A stretch of 64,000 nucleotides of DNA from Vicugna vicugna (GCA_013265495.1 MU058337.1:436001-500000); one strand, 5' to 3'. Shown: positions 39,145-54,141, counted from the first letter of the stretch. Notes: a model not told the origin generated them from the sequence alone. Numbers and translations are program-made.

Positions 39145-42100
39145 TGACTTTATTCTTCAGTGATTTTATTTATGTTAATCTACACATATTTCTAAAGCAT
39201 GTCCTACTTGCAACAATGCCTTAAATTCCAAACTGAAGATTTTTTAATACATATTAAAACCTCTAACTTGATTATTTAATAATAGAAATTTTCATTTTAT
39301 TGTTTTCCTGACTTTAAAACACAGCTGAAGTTTACTAACACATGTAATATGCATGTTTACAAATTAGAATAACTTAGTGTACATTTTCAATGATTACATA
39401 TTGTTTTCAATTCTCTGTAAGTAAAGTCCCTTATAAAATAAAACCAGGTTTGCTGATATCACTAGTAGATTTAGTTTGCAAAAAATTTAAGCATCATGTA
39501 GTGAAGAAAACTATTAAATATTCTGTAAGAATCTTTGTTAATAAAATAAAGATAAATATTTTGAATAGTTTAAAATCTATTCATAAGTAGTATTTCAATC
39601 ATTTGGATATAGCATTGCTTTACCTATGTTACCTAAATGATTACTTCAGTTTTCTACTTTATATTTGCATATGTTTATAGCACATTTTTCTCCAACAAAC
39701 GTTTAGTAGAAAACAGTGTGTTTTAACATTAGTTTCTTTATTCTTTTAGGACTTTAAAGTATAAGGAATGTTAAAACTTAAAAAGCAGTCATCAGCAAAA
39801 TACCTAAATCATATTAGCTTGAGTGAGTCTCTAATTAACAGCCATGTTGACAATCATGGAAGCCTTGATACTCAGATAAAAATCAACAGGAGGTTCTGAT
39901 GATAATGTGCCGTTCAGTCTCAGACCAAGACAAAAGTGAAAAATGTGATAGTCAAACTGTCCCACATGGGATAGCACCTGTGCAATTCTGCTAGCTTCAT
40001 CTAGGAAAAAAGTGTGAGTTGTAATTTAAGACTAGAGAAGCCAACTCTAACAAAGGAAGCAAGTGTGATTGTGATAACTTCATTCTTAGACCTAGGTACA
40101 TCCTTTGCACTGGAACATTCATTAGTAAGGAAACAAAATGGAAAGTGTAAACCTAACCCCAATTTAAGCAGGAATCAAATGGAATCCCACCCATTTCACA
40201 AACAGTACTTCAACGCAGTGGATAAAGTTTGCTTAAAGGGTGTTTCTATTAGTAGTATGTTATTACGGATTAAAGTACTTTAGGATCTGAAGTGGAATGA
40301 CTTGTAGTAATCATCACTATCAAATTTTAATTATGGTGACAGTGGCAGGTCCACTGTTAGTGATTTAAGACTAGTACTCGAAAGTTGCACCACTAATGTT
40401 TCAAATGCTACCAGATGCAAACAAATTCTCTTCCTAAATGTTACTATGCTTTATTTCACATAAATCTTGTCACAGAGGGTTGGATGAAAGATATCACCTA
40501 CCCAAACACGCCAGCTACAAGCCAATCATTGCTCTACAAGCTACCTCAGAAAGTCCATGCTCACTAAAGTATGCAGTACTTGAAGGAGACTGATTTGATC
40601 AAAGGCTCATCCCCAAAAGACAGTTTTAATTTGGAGGAAATGGAAACACTTGATAGTGGCCAAAAGACTAGAGCTAATAAAAATAAATCGAATAACAAGC
40701 TCAACTTCTGGCTGGGCAGTTGTTTTGGAAGCAGAGGACAACTTCTGCTGAGGTGAAAGACATCTTTCTCCCATCATGGCCATGCATGCATTGCATCCAG
40801 AGCAATTTGGTCTAACTGAGGCTTATCTGTGCCACAATCAAGCTGGTTTCCTATCCTCTTTTTATCCTTCATGTGGCCTTAAAATAGACTCTATCAACTG
40901 ACCTAACTTCAGTGTATCTCTGGTCTTTAAAATTGATACTTAAAGAAGTTACATCATCTCACCACCGTCACTAACTTTGGTACAGCAAATTCTTTTTGTG
41001 TATGTTAAAGGTGAATTCCAAGGAGTCGGCATAAAAGTATTTTTCTAATTTTCATGTTTCTATTTATCTTTGCCACCACAGTTTTTGTGTTTAAAAGTTC
41101 TATCATACACAGTAGTAAGAAATAAAAACTGGAAAAGTTACATTCTGAAAAGAAGATGTCAATTTCTAAATAAACACATTTAACTACAAATGCATAATTG
41201 AATAACTATAAGGAGAATAAGTTCAGAATCTATTTGGCAAAGTTTTGCATCCACTTAAAATTATATTTTAACAAAATTTTATTTGTTTTACAAAAATACA
41301 CATTGTATTTATGTATTGAGAGTATTTGACCATATACTTTCTGCATAATATCATCTCAAGTATCCCATCACTAGCAAAGAGACTACTTTCCCAGTAAGTT
41401 CATAAAGTAAAATGACAGTATTTGATTTACCTAATTCCTAGGCCCCAAACAAGTAATGGGTCACCCAGTAGTAAGGGCACACTATATAGTGGCTGAAAAT
41501 ATACTGAACAGGTCATTTGTCCTGGATTCAAACTTTTCCTCTATCAAAATCAGTTGTAGGTTTTTGGTTAAGTTATTAAGTTAAAATGAAGAACCTGAAG
41601 TCCCAGAGATGTTAACCAACTTTGATTAGATTATTGGTAAAGTTCCTAAAATTACTTAAAGCCTCTGATTCTATGGTATAAACTAGTCTACTACAATACA
41701 TATAAAATAGTAGCCTCACTTTTATTAGTTTACTGTTTGACTATGATTTAATGCTTCGTTATCCAAGTGAACATGACTAATCAATCTACAGAAATGCAAG
41801 GCAGTGGATTTAAAATGTACTCACAGACTAAAAGATGAAGTCTCTGCATTATTCTTGGATACGAGCATAGTTTTAGTGAGTCTCAAAGATTTTCAAATCA
41901 TCTGCTGTGATGTGGGATGTGGCTGCCATAGATACGTTACTGTATCATTCTTCATGTCTATTCCTTTTAAGTACAATACATACAGCACAGCCTGCAGGAC
42001 GTAAGGCATACACACAGCAGGTTAAGTTAACAGGGTGCTACTGTTTAGAATATCTTGGCATTGTCTTACCCATTCCATTTTAAGTGGAAAATAGAGACCT

Positions 42101-45100
42101 GCTCAAATGCAATTTAAAATCTAAATTGAACCAGCCACATTAACACCCCAAGTAATAATGTCTTTTTAAGTATCACACAGTTATAGTATATAACTGCTCT
42201 TCCAATCGCTTATACTTTTTTTCTCAACTGAAACATTTTATAAATGATTCAGGTACTTATAGCTTGTTTAGTGATTTGGTGAGGTCACTAGAAAGGAAAA
42301 TTAAAATTGTTTTATTTTTAAAGAAATTCAGTATGAAATTAAAGTCACCAAAAATTGTATCTTTTAGCATTTAAAATGTTTCAATACTGCTTGAAAATGG
42401 TTTAAAATATTTAAATTATTTAATGGTTCATTAAAATACCATCCTCCCCCAAATATAATATCAAGTGAAATTTGCTATTATTGTGGTAAAAATGCTGGGG
42501 TTCTAGTTATCAAATGTAAAACAGGCGTCTATTGTTTTATTCCTTGAACTCATTAACTATTATTTAATCTCAAGCACAGCCAACAACATAAGGTTCTTAT
42601 ACAATTAGAAAATGTATATTTGAATTACAGTACTGGATGGTACCATATAACATTGCAGCTGGATCTTGTGAAACTTATCTCATGTAATAACAATGAATAA
42701 ATAGAGTTGTAGACTGCCTTTGGCATTTTAACAATATTACTAAAACATTTTATAAACAGTCATTGTATGTGACTTCAGGATTTAAGAATGTGGAAATGAT
42801 TAGTAGTTCAAGTAAATCTTAACGTATCCCAGAAGTCTGGGACACTGCAGTTTTCTGAAAAGGCTCAAGAAACAACACCTGTACCTGTGAGGAATACATT
42901 CCTCACAGAATCAGGATCCTTGGTTGAAATCTCTAAATTAATATGCTGTGAGGTTTGTAGGGCTCACTCTTTCTCACCTATAAAATAAGGACAATAACGT
43001 CTGTTTGACAGCTTCCCATAGGTACTGCCAAAATCAAATGAAATATCAGATATCAAATGCATTTAAGCATATGGAAATGAGATGCATGTTCAAAGATCAG
43101 AGACAGATATACAGAGTAAAGATCGAATACAAGTAAGATTTTCAGAGGTACTTTCAGAATAAAAATTACTTTGTTGAGGATGAAATTAAGCAAACATTCC
43201 AAAATAAAGTGAATAATTAGAACACTGGTTTATATTATGGTGTTTGTATCATTAACATTACTGGTTATTTTTACCACTGGAGACCTTGAAAGTAAGTCCA
43301 GTGCTTTTCAGAAACTCGGGTGGTCAAGACTGGTCAAGATTGACAGGTTCTTGGCATGGGACCACCTTATTTATGACAATCATAATTCAATGACTCACAA
43401 AGGAGTAAATTTGGTGTTGAAGATGGTGTTTTTGCTTCTTCATGTATCAGTCTTCAGCCATAATATTGGACATGCTTAAAGATTAAACATCAGGATAAGA
43501 CCACAAAAGAAACATTACATAATCTTAATGCTGACTATGCACACTTCTCCCAATCAGGGAAAGGTCATCAATTGAACTAAGTCCATCTTTTGGATAAAGA
43601 AGTAATATTCCTGGTATACCCTCAGTGCTCCACAGCCTCAGGTTTGCTGTGTATATACCACGAGGTGCACCTGATACCCACAATGATACCTAGATCAATG
43701 CTGATAAGGAATGTAACTGCAAGGAGCATGGAGAAGGATATGGACTTGGTACCCGCACTAACATTCCGAGTGTCGGGGCAGTCCTATGATCACAGACGAT
43801 ATAAACTTATCAAGACTGGGGTAAGAGAGTGAAAACAGGAAAGACCCTTGGAACCAGCTTTTTGTTGGGATCCTAGAAATATGTGGTCCATCTGTACTGT
43901 GACTAGACCTCTTGACCTTTTGTTGTCTTCTCCCTTTGATTTAAATATGAATTATACTTTTAAACTGGGCCATATCAGAACTTTTTCCTAATATACTGTA
44001 CTAAATTCCAAAAAGTACACACCTCAGAGCTGTTAATTAAAAGGGCCTGCTGGTATAAATAAACACATATGCTGCTGATTAGCCACCCTTTAGGGGTCAA
44101 CAGTGGGGAACTCCTGCTGGGCTTCTGTTAACTGTTGTCCAGAATCTTAACAGGAACTGTCTAATGATCTCGTATGGCTTTGGCCATCTGGCCCTCTGAG
44201 TTCATTTGCCAGTGAATAGCCAACCTTTAGAAAGAGAGAAATATCTCTTAAAAGAGGAATATCTTATAAGATATAACCTAGCTACTCATATGTGTGCATA
44301 AGGATTTATTTACCTTAATTCACTAGCCAAACCCTATACACCTGAGTTTAACCATCCTGTATTTTTTTTCTGATGTCAATTGCTTTAATACTCACTAAAA
44401 ACTGGGTGCTTTTGCTTCTTTTACAGAAGCAGCATTAGATGCATCAGGACTTGCTAGTATTGCATATTATATTTATAGTCATATTTTTTATTTCTGATTT
44501 GTATCTAACAATTTTAAGTAGTGGTGCATCTTTTTCTTCCAGTAGGGTACTGTGGAACTGAGGACCAGGTGCAAAACCTCATTTCATATATTCTAGAATA
44601 GACTTAGGACTTTAATTGGTATTAATCCTCTAAGTATTATAAAGCTACACAATTAGCCGGTTTTTCACTCCATTATCTCTTCCATTTTTAGCTGAATTAT
44701 ACATAATAGAATTAATAGATTTAAAGGAGTTAATAAGAGAGTAATGTTCATTCACAGTAAGAGTTATTTTAGAAAAATCTGTTTTACTTGTCTCATTTTC
44801 AGAGATGGAAGTCTGGACAAAAGGGAAGAGATCTTTCATCTCAAGGTGCATATGTGTATAATTTTTCATAGAAACTGTGTCTTGAAGAGAAGAATATAAC
44901 TGGCTAAATTTAATCTCATATTTAATATGCAAGTATACTATGAAAAGAGATCAGACAGTACTCTAAAATTTACATAAGCAATAGAAATGGAAGTTGTTAA
45001 TATTTTCCATTTATATTGTATCTTATCATTGTCTTGTCTTGCATCAAATAGATACTTTTCTTTCAAAATTTTCAAACTACTCTTTTCCCCAGATGATATA

Positions 45101-45759
45101 TTTTTCACCTAGGCCTTTGCTTAATTGGTGAACATTATTTTTAAGGAAAGTCAGTTTAGATGGAACAAAATTCATGGTAATGTTTATGTTGACATATGAC
45201 TGATCAATGAAGTAGCATGGATGGTGAAATACAGCCAGCCTGTGATTGTCAGCCATAACAGATAACATGATTGCTTTTTATTTATGTTGCAGTAATTCTG
45301 AAAAAAAAATTAAAAACTCAACTTCTTTCAAAGGTATTACAAACAAATTTTATATAAGGAACAGAATGTCAAATTCCTCATGTTTCGGGTTTTATACTAA
45401 TTCTTTTTTCTCGATGGCACCTGCTACTAGATCTGAGGGTTAGATGGGAAATGAAAATTCATCTAAACTAACCATGAGTTTTCTAGAACTCTCTTTATCC
45501 AAAACATTTCCTCCAGGGCATTTTTTTAAGCTCAAAATAAAACATTTGTTTCTAGATAAAATTAAAAATTAAACAAAAGACCAACGAAAGAACTCTTGGA
45601 TGCTTGGGAACATTTAACCTCTACATCTCTCCAAACCCAGAATGTAGGCTGCCTGCCATTCTACTTGCTTTACTGTCCTGCCATATCCTGATTACTCATA
45701 ATCTCTGTGAAAAATCAAATAATCTTCTTATATTTTTCCTTCCACACACTTCTAAGACC

Positions 45760-46890
45760 CCCCAGTAATTGATTAATTTCCACATACTTGGGGAATTTCC
45801 ATATTTCCTTATGTTATTGATTTTTAACTTCATTTCACTGTGGCTGGAGAATACACTTCATTTGACCTCAGTATTTTTACATTTATTGTGATTTGTTTTG
45901 CAGCCTGAGATATAATTTACCTTAGAAAATGTTCCATAAGAAATTGAGAAAAATGTGTATTCTCTGGTTGTTAGAAAGTGTTCTCTGTATCTGTTAGGTC
46001 TAGTTAATTTATGGTGTGGCCAAGTTCTATAGTTCTTTGTTATTCTTTAGTCTAGTTGTTTTATCCATTATTGAAACATAATTCATTGTTAAAGGTAATA
46101 ATAGTTGGATACTTTAATACTGAATTATCTATTTGTCTCTCCAATTCTGTCAGTGTTTGTATATATTTTTGATCTCTGTTGTTTGATGCACACATGTTTA
46201 CAACTGTTTTATTTTCTTGACAAATTGACACATTCATCAATGTATAATGTTCTTCATTCCCTTTTGTAACAAATTTTGAACTAAAGTCTTTTTATATGAT
46301 ATTAATAGAGCCAACCGAGCTCTCTATTGCTTACTAGTTGAATAGCACATCTTTCCCAATCCTTTCACTTTCAATTGATTTGTGTTTCTGGATGTAAAAA
46401 GAGTCTCTTGTAGAGAGCATGTATTTTGATCTTTTTTTTTCCCATCCATTTTGCCAATTTCTGCTTTTAAACTGGAGAATTAATCCATTGATATTTAATG
46501 CAATTACTAACAATGAAGGACTTCTACTGTCAATTCACTCTTTTTTTCCTATACTTCTTTAATCTTTTTGTTCCTCATTTTCTCTTTTTTATTTAATTTG
46601 TCTTCTTTTGTATTTAATTACATTTTTAGTGTAATTTTTGATTCCCTTCTCATTTCCTTTTCTGTTTTTTGTTCGTTTTTAGTTATTTTTCTTAATGGTT
46701 ACCCTGGGGTTTATAAATCATATTTTAAATTTATAACAAACTAGTTTGGATAAATAACAACTTAGCTTCAATAATATATAATATTTCTGTCCCTGTACAG
46801 CCATCCTCCCTCTTTATGTTGTTATTGTCACATATCACATATTAACATATTTATGTCTGTTAACATAGATTTCTTTCATTCTTGTATGCA
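45760..46890 (-). mobile_element. Old L1 fragment (ORF2 5' region)
   Basis: T-rich antisense L1 motifs such as ttcatttcactgtggctggagaatacac, gagaaaaatgtgtattct and gtctcttgtagagagcat. Confidence 0.8.
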
Positions 46891-46904
46891 TTTAAGAAAA
46901 TCAT

Positions 46905-47270
46905 TTTCATTGGATGAAATGTGACTCCTCCTGAAGATATCGATGTGTCTTTGGAAACACAGTTTTTACACAGGTAATTAAGATGAGCTCATTAGGTAGC
47001 GTGGGCTCTTACCGAGTAAGACTAGTGTCCTTATAAGAGAGAAAGATGGCCATTGGAAGATACAGACATGGAGGAAAAATACCATGTGACAACGGAGGCA
47101 GAGATTGAAGTGCACAGTTACAAGCCAAAGATCATCAAAGATTGCCAGAAAACCACCAGAAGTTAGAAAGAAGAAAGAATTCCCACTACAGGTTTCAGAG
47201 GAAGCACAGTCCTACGGACACCCTGATTTCAAATTTCTGGCCTCCAAAACTGAGACAATACACTGCTTTA
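46905..47270 (+). mobile_element. MaLR LTR (MLT1B/C-like)
   Basis: gactagtgtccttataagag...ccatgtgacaacggaggcagagattg...ttctggcctccaaaactg. Confidence 0.88.
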
Positions 47271-47689
47271 TCCAGGATGTCTATGAAATTTACAAAGTAT
47301 CACGCAGTGTCAAGGTTTGTTTTTAACATTCGCAGTTTTTGTTCAATATGTGTACGAACCACTATGAAAATGTCCAGGTGAAAGATTTTTCCTGGATGCT
47401 AATTATGACATATGTGCAGGAGGAGAACAAGAGAAAGATGAACTAAATTGATGATGGTCAGAGAAATCTTGACAGTGGAGAAAATACTTCAGTGGGGAGT
47501 GAAATAATGAGAACTGATTAACCAGACTAAGGCAATGGGAGAGAGTTCTAGATGAGGGGACTTGTGCCAAACCACAGGAATATGAAATAAAATGAGTTGT
47601 TTTGCAAGGTATAAGATGTTCAATATTGCAGGATATTAATGCTTGAGATGCAGATGGGAGAATGCATTAGTAACGATTAATAATGTATT

Positions 47690-48110
47690 ATTAAGGAAAC
47701 TTGCCTCAACAGAATTTAGGGAGAACTGTGAATGTACTTCCTGACATAGCAATGGGTAGGGATTTAAATCACATCATGTGGACTCCTGTTTCTTTCCCTT
47801 GTCTCTTCTTTCTTTCGTTTTGGCTTCATTCTCAGTGAATTGACAAAGACAGTGGCCAAAGCTGGCAATTCCCATCCAGCAGTTTAGTTACTCTAGAGGA
47901 TGAGAATTTTTGTTGCTATGGTTACTGTCGTTGCTGTTTCCGAATGCTATGGTAAAAGTTCTGGTTAAGACGGGGATTGCCTCATTTTGGGTCATTTTCT
48001 CTTTTCTGAACTAATTACACTTGCCAAAGGTAGGGGGTACTCTCACTTACTGAGATTGAGCTCACATACCTATCTCTGTGGCAGGGTAGAAGGTAGTGCC
48101 AACATCCTTC
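47690..48110. mobile_element. Ancient MaLR LTR (MLT1J/K-like)
   Basis: ttggcttcattctcag...ttgggtcattttctcttttctgaactaattacac...; highly degraded. Confidence 0.45.
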
Positions 48111-50494
48111 TAGCATACAAAATGAACCAAATTATTGCAAAATCATATAGAGATAATAACCTCCAAAATAGGTTTGAGCAGAAAAGGAAAAGGTAAAAAC
48201 ACAACAAAAGAAAACCAAACAAACACCAACTCTTAAGAAAACTGGAAATGAATGTGATGGGTGGGCAGAACTAGACCATGCTATTATGAAACAGAAGTTT
48301 GTCTTATTCTGTAGAAAAGAAAGAGACATTAAAAAATGGAAAGGATAATGACATAAATAGTATTTTCATGTTAAAAAAAAAAAAGCAAAAAACCTATGAG
48401 AAATGTGTGTAGGACACACTGGAAAGGGGTGAGACTGAGGCACTCCGGCCCCTGCCAAATATGTGCCTCAAATACAGTTTCTTTTTTATCTAGATGCATT
48501 TTTCCTAATATTTTTCATATTCTTCAGACCTTGGTACATGCCACAAAAATGTTGGCCAGTTATTCAAACATGATTCAACTGTAAAATACAAATAACACAT
48601 AAAATATATGTTACATATGTAATATTATATAAAACTGGCTTTGTTCTTTTGAGATACTGTATTTTAGAAAAATGTAATGCTTTGCTTCTGAATTGAATAT
48701 GTCTGCCTCTAGAACATTTTTATTTCCTGTACACTTCCATGTGTTTATGCATATATAATGAAAACTGTACTATTTTGGTATACACACTTTTTATGTAAGC
48801 ATTGTATGTTCTAAAGATATTTTGAATAGTCAAAGCAATAGCCTTCTGAAATAATATTGTAAAATCAACCAGAATAACAGTGATTATTCATTACAACTCA
48901 ATATGCTCTAATATCAACATCATTTATTAAATTTAAATTCTTGATGATTTGTCTTGTCTTTAGTGTGTATTAAACATTAGCCAGCAGTGCTACTCTTTAC
49001 ATAATGAATGATTACCCATATTCATGCAGGCTCTCACAAATATTTATGTTTATTTTGGATCAGTAATCTCATGTGAGTTTTGTGTAAAAACACACCAGAC
49101 CCCTCCCCACAAAAAGCCTCCAACTCAGAATCTTACAGGAGAGTATAAACATGAAGATCAACATTTTAAAATTTCTTTGTATACAGAGACTTGTATTACT
49201 GAACCACAAACTATGTCAAGAGAGTGCACTTGCTTATTTGCTTTTCTGCTGCATATTACATTGAGCCTTTTTCTAAGTTTGTATTTGCATAGTGTTAAGC
49301 ATGGAGAGAGAGGAGTGTGTCTATTTGCATTTTTAACATTCAGTATCTCTGGCATAAATGAAGGTAGGCAGTTTGCCCTTACATTCCCTCAGCACATTTC
49401 ATGACATGAAAATACCTCCCCAGTGATTCACTAATGTGGTGTGCAAAAGAAGCCAGAATATCACTGAGGCAATCTTCATATGTCAGTTAAAAGTTTAGGC
49501 TCTTAGTTAAATCTACATCTCAAGTGTAATTTTAAAAATGCTGTGATGAGATTTAGTCATGCATTCCCTCCTCAGACACTCATCTACCACCTCCAACCAT
49601 TTCATGTAATCATTGATGCAAACCTTTACTTGACTCAAATATGTGTTTCTAACCATGAGGAATGACGTCACTTGGAATCTTACAGCAGATCAATAAATAT
49701 GTTGATTCACTTAAACTAATCTTCTGAGGCATAGGGCAGTCTGAATGCAAACAGGAGAAACAAACAAACAGTAGTGGTACGCTCTGAAAACAGCAGCCAG
49801 AACTGGAGATTAAGATACAGTTCACATATCTGCTAAATGAAGACAGCACAGATATAAAGGCTTCAGATACAGAACAGTGGGCTCAAATCCCAGTTTTGAT
49901 GCTTATTCATTGGATGAATTTGGTAAGTTTATAATTTATTCTTTCATTTTTAGCCACAAATAATTTCAACAACTATTTAAAACAATCTGTAGTGAACCAG
50001 AAATTTGCTCCCTCAATTTCATGCACTGGACATTGTAGGGGATTCGATACATATTTGTTAAATAAATGAATAGACTGAATAGCGTTAACTAAATATGAAA
50101 ACTATTCTAAAATAAAAGAACAACTTTCTTAGCATATGGAACTTTTTTTTTTTTGGCTAAGAACACATTAAATTGCATAGGACTATTTAGAAATTCAAAG
50201 AAAAACCAAACAAGTAATGTTTGTCATTTTCCCACCACTCAAAATATTTTTATTGTGTATACTTTAGGTTTCTAAAGTAACTGTGTGCCTCAGCTTACAA
50301 GCATTATCACGTCACCACCATTTGGCAACTTTATATAATTTTTGTTAGTGTGATTAAAACTGCAAAAAGCATGGCACAAACTCTTCAAATCCATCACAAA
50401 GAACCGCACAATCTCAGAATGGCATAACAATGCACCTCCACTCTTGTAATTTTTGGGTTACTGGCAATGATGAAAAGCTTTCTCTTAACACAGA

Positions 50495-50757
50495 CAGTTG
50501 ACCCTCGAACGCTGCAGGGGTTAGGGGTGCCAAAGTCCCGAGCAGTGAAAATCTGTGCCTTGGTATCCAGCGGGGACTGGTTCCAGGAATCAACATGAAT
50601 CCCAAAATCTGAGTATGCTCAAATCCCACTGTCAGCTCCCTGTGTCTGCAGTTCTGCATGGTGGGTCTGCAGATCATGTAGTATTTTATTTACTGAAAAA
50701 AATCTACATATAGGTAGACTGGTGTAGTTCAAACTTGTGTTGTTAAAGGGTCAACTC
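50495..50757. mobile_element. Tc1/mariner Tigger2-family MITE (MER8-like)
   Basis: Terminal inverted repeats cagttgaccct...agggtcaact(c); TA directly 3'. Confidence 0.85.
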
Positions 50758-53726
50758 TAGTTTGTTATTAATGAAAATTTATCTGTTGATGTCCATTAAG
50801 CAGAGAAAATTCAGCAACTGTAATACATTTTTGGTTTTTAAAATATGTTGGGGTACATACTGTGCATAAAAACATGTCTATGACAAATAAGTGAAGTTAA
50901 AGAATAATAAAAATGAACCCCATGAATTAATGGTTTGCTAAAGTGAACATGTTAGTACTTTAGAGTGTGTAGTGGGTGACTCCCCAACCTTATTACCATC
51001 GTTCCCTGATAACAGTATGACTCTTCTTATTTTGGTGATAACCATTTCTTCCTATTTCTTCATAGAATTATCAAAATAAATAGGTATCTTTGAATAATCA
51101 CATTTTAATTTTGCTTGTTTGTCAGATTTGTATAAAAAAGGATTGATACTGTATTTATTTGTCTCTGACCATACTTTTTATCTTTCAGCATTGTTTTTAG
51201 TCACCCAGGATGACAGGTGATTCAATCATTTTCATTGTTCAAAAGGAGAAATTCTTGAAACTTTTGGTCTCAAGACTCTTTCTTCTTCCCTTCCTAAAAG
51301 ACAGTAAAATTATTTTCCCTAATTTCAGTTTACCATTGTCGTATCAGCCCTCAACAAAATGAGCATGTTTGCCAGTACTCATACCCATGGTCTCCTCCTC
51401 CACTCTTGCCTGCTCCACACTTCCTCAGCCAATGTATGATGAAAACATCAAGAACTTTAGATTTAAGTTGTTATATATCTGTTAATTGCTTTTTTGTTTT
51501 ATTCTGTTCCTTACTTTGTGAGAAAGCATTACATTTTGCTAAGTTATGTGAAACCATCATTTCCATCAGTGCCAACCATCCTCCATGATACTGCTTTCTT
51601 CTCACTTGAATACTTTTCCCGAGTATTTATAAATAGATCTTGGTATGGTATAGCACCTGATGCCTTGAAAGGCTGAAAATTTCTTTAACTATCAATCCAG
51701 TGATAACTGAATTGAATGTAAAAATACAGTTTTAAAGTTATTTACTTAAACACTTGAAAATAGTGCTCATTTTCTTCTTCCATCAAATTTGCTTTTGAAA
51801 TTTGAGGTAGATCTGATGAAATTTGTTTTCTGTCTCAGGGATAGTTATTTCATCTCTGAGGTTTTGAAACATATTTGTCTTTCATTTGCTTAAATTTCAC
51901 AAAAATATTTCTAGTTGTAACGCTTTGAGTACCCTGAAACTTTTCAATCACCTAGCAATGATTTTTTCTTATCCTTGGAAATTCTTAAGATAACACTCCT
52001 TTAAAAAATTTTTTCTGTCCTTGAGTACTCCTTTCATGTTGATGTTGATGCATTTGTTTCTTCCTTAATATTCCTAAACTTTTCTTTTGCATTATCCATT
52101 TCTTTATTTTTTCCTGATCAAGATCTGAACTTTGAGTTCATCAATTTGTCTTTAAATTTATTCTACTCTTCCCAGTCTGTTTAGTTATTGATTCCTCAAT
52201 ATTAAATAATTAACTAATAGTAAAAATAAATTACTACAAATCTGACCCTTGATTCTCCTTATAACTGCTTATATCCCCTTATATCCCTGAGAACACTAAA
52301 TTCTTCAATAATGTGTTTCATTAATTTTACTTTGCCTGGTATAAGTGATTCTGTTCATCTTTTATATAGCTGTGTTGTTTTTTTCTCTCACCTTTTTAGT
52401 GTCACTTTATGTTTTCTTACTGATATAGAGATTATGTGATTTTTAAAAAATTACTAGTTTCTCATTTTATCCCCTGCCCCCATCATTCCTCCCAACGTGT
52501 AATGAAGAAAGTAAAGCACAGGGTCTTACCCAAATTCATATGGCTCTTAACAGTGGAATCTCTTAGTTTTGAAGGCATTTATGTGTGCCATTCTAAGTAA
52601 AAATTTTGCACTTAGAAGAACATTGCAAAGTTTGCATAATTATGCACTTTCACAAATGTGGCATCAGTTTTAAAACAGCAGAAGTCATATAGCAACAAAG
52701 TGCTCCATTTATATGATACTCTGGACAATGCAAAGAAATAGAGACCTATAACATGTAGTTAAGGGTGGAGAGGTTCTATACAAATGGGCACTTACTAGAC
52801 TATTCTTTTCAGCTGTTGGAATGTTCATCTTAATGGTGCCTAACCATACATTTGTGAAAAACTCACAACTATATTTAAACTTATACTTGAAATAGTGTGT
52901 GTAAACTTAAAACAATTAATGGAGAACAACAAAAACGTTTTCACATGTTAGGAGAAATTTAAGCTCTCCTGAGCCTTGGTTTTTACCTGTGTAACACTTC
53001 TTTCTACCACCTTAGGATCCTTCTTAGGCAGAACTGTAAAGCCGGGGAAAAAGGTCACCGGCCTCAATAGGCTTTTTTTTGGAACCCAGTCGGAGCTTAG
53101 AGAACACTCTCTAGGGCGACAGCTGCCCTCAGGTCATTCTCGTAACTGATGAGAAAGCCACAGGGCTGGCCGAGTCTGCCTGTGAGTTGACGCCAGGTTT
53201 CCGGGGTCAGAGGGTGGGAGGCTGTGCTCTGAAACATAAGGGTGCATCTGAAGGAGCTCCCCAAGAGGGGACCCCCCACGGCTTTGCCCTAACCCTCCGG
53301 CATCAACATCACTGATTGGCAGTGCAGGTCTGGAGGCCGTTCCCAGCTCTTCAGCTTCCCATTTCAAGCCCACTCTGGGCCTGCTTTCTGAGAAACGTGT
53401 TTAAAACACATCTGTCCCACTCTGGGACCGTTCTGTCGCCACCCCCAGTGACTGAGGAGAATCAGTGACAACCCTGGACCCAGGCCGTGACGCCCCTCGG
53501 ACACAGGAACCCCACTGTCACATAAACAACGGCCCTGCACCCACAAGCACGGCTTCACAGTAGTCTCAAAGCCAATAATGTTAAAAGAGTCGCCCTGCCT
53601 TGTCCTCGCCTAATGGGCTCCCTCAGGCGTCCATGGACCCCAAGTCAACGCCCCGCCCTCCATTTCTCTAGCAGGTTCCACCCCAGGTTCCTACCGTGCA
53701 GGCGCTGCCCACGCCCGGGGTCTCAC

Positions 53727-53855
53727 CTCAGAGTCACCTCCAGAGCGGTTTGGAGCGACCCACCGAGGCTGAGTCCTACTCCTCTCAAGAACATGACCCC
53801 AGTGCAGAGGTCCGGCTGCGGCCTGACTGCCGCCACAGCGCTCCAAGACTGGCTC
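53727..53855 (-). other. Candidate first exon of a leftward transcript
   Basis: Minus-strand donor gag|gtgaga at 53727/53726 just downstream of the GC boxes; start site estimated. Confidence 0.5.
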
Positions 53856-53959
53856 TGCCGGCCCCGCCCCTGCGCCGGCCCCGCCCCTCACGCGGCTCCC
53901 AGAATACAACGAGCCACACCCCCTCCCCAGAATGCAACGCGCCTCTCTTCCTCCCGCAG

Positions 53960-53995
53960 GAAGTGGCGGGAAATGCCGCGTCGGTCCACTCTGAG
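53960..53995 (+). other. Candidate first exon of a rightward transcript
   Basis: Donor gag|gtacgc at 53995/53996 just after the ETS/E2F motif; start site estimated. Confidence 0.45.
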
Positions 53996-54141
53996 GTACG
54001 CCTGGAGAGGCTTCTCTTCTGCCTTCTGAAGAGAAGGGGCGGCAAGGAGGGACGACGGTTTCCAGTGCTTCCCAGGTACCCAGAGTGAACCCTCTGTGGC
54101 TGGGAGACCTGGGGTCTGAGGTCTTGGCCTCACTCCCTCAG

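Noticed and set aside
45077..45297. Minus-strand acceptor followed by a 63-aa ORF
   Set aside because: Stops occur in all frames from the acceptor, the donor is weak, and I recognise no homology.
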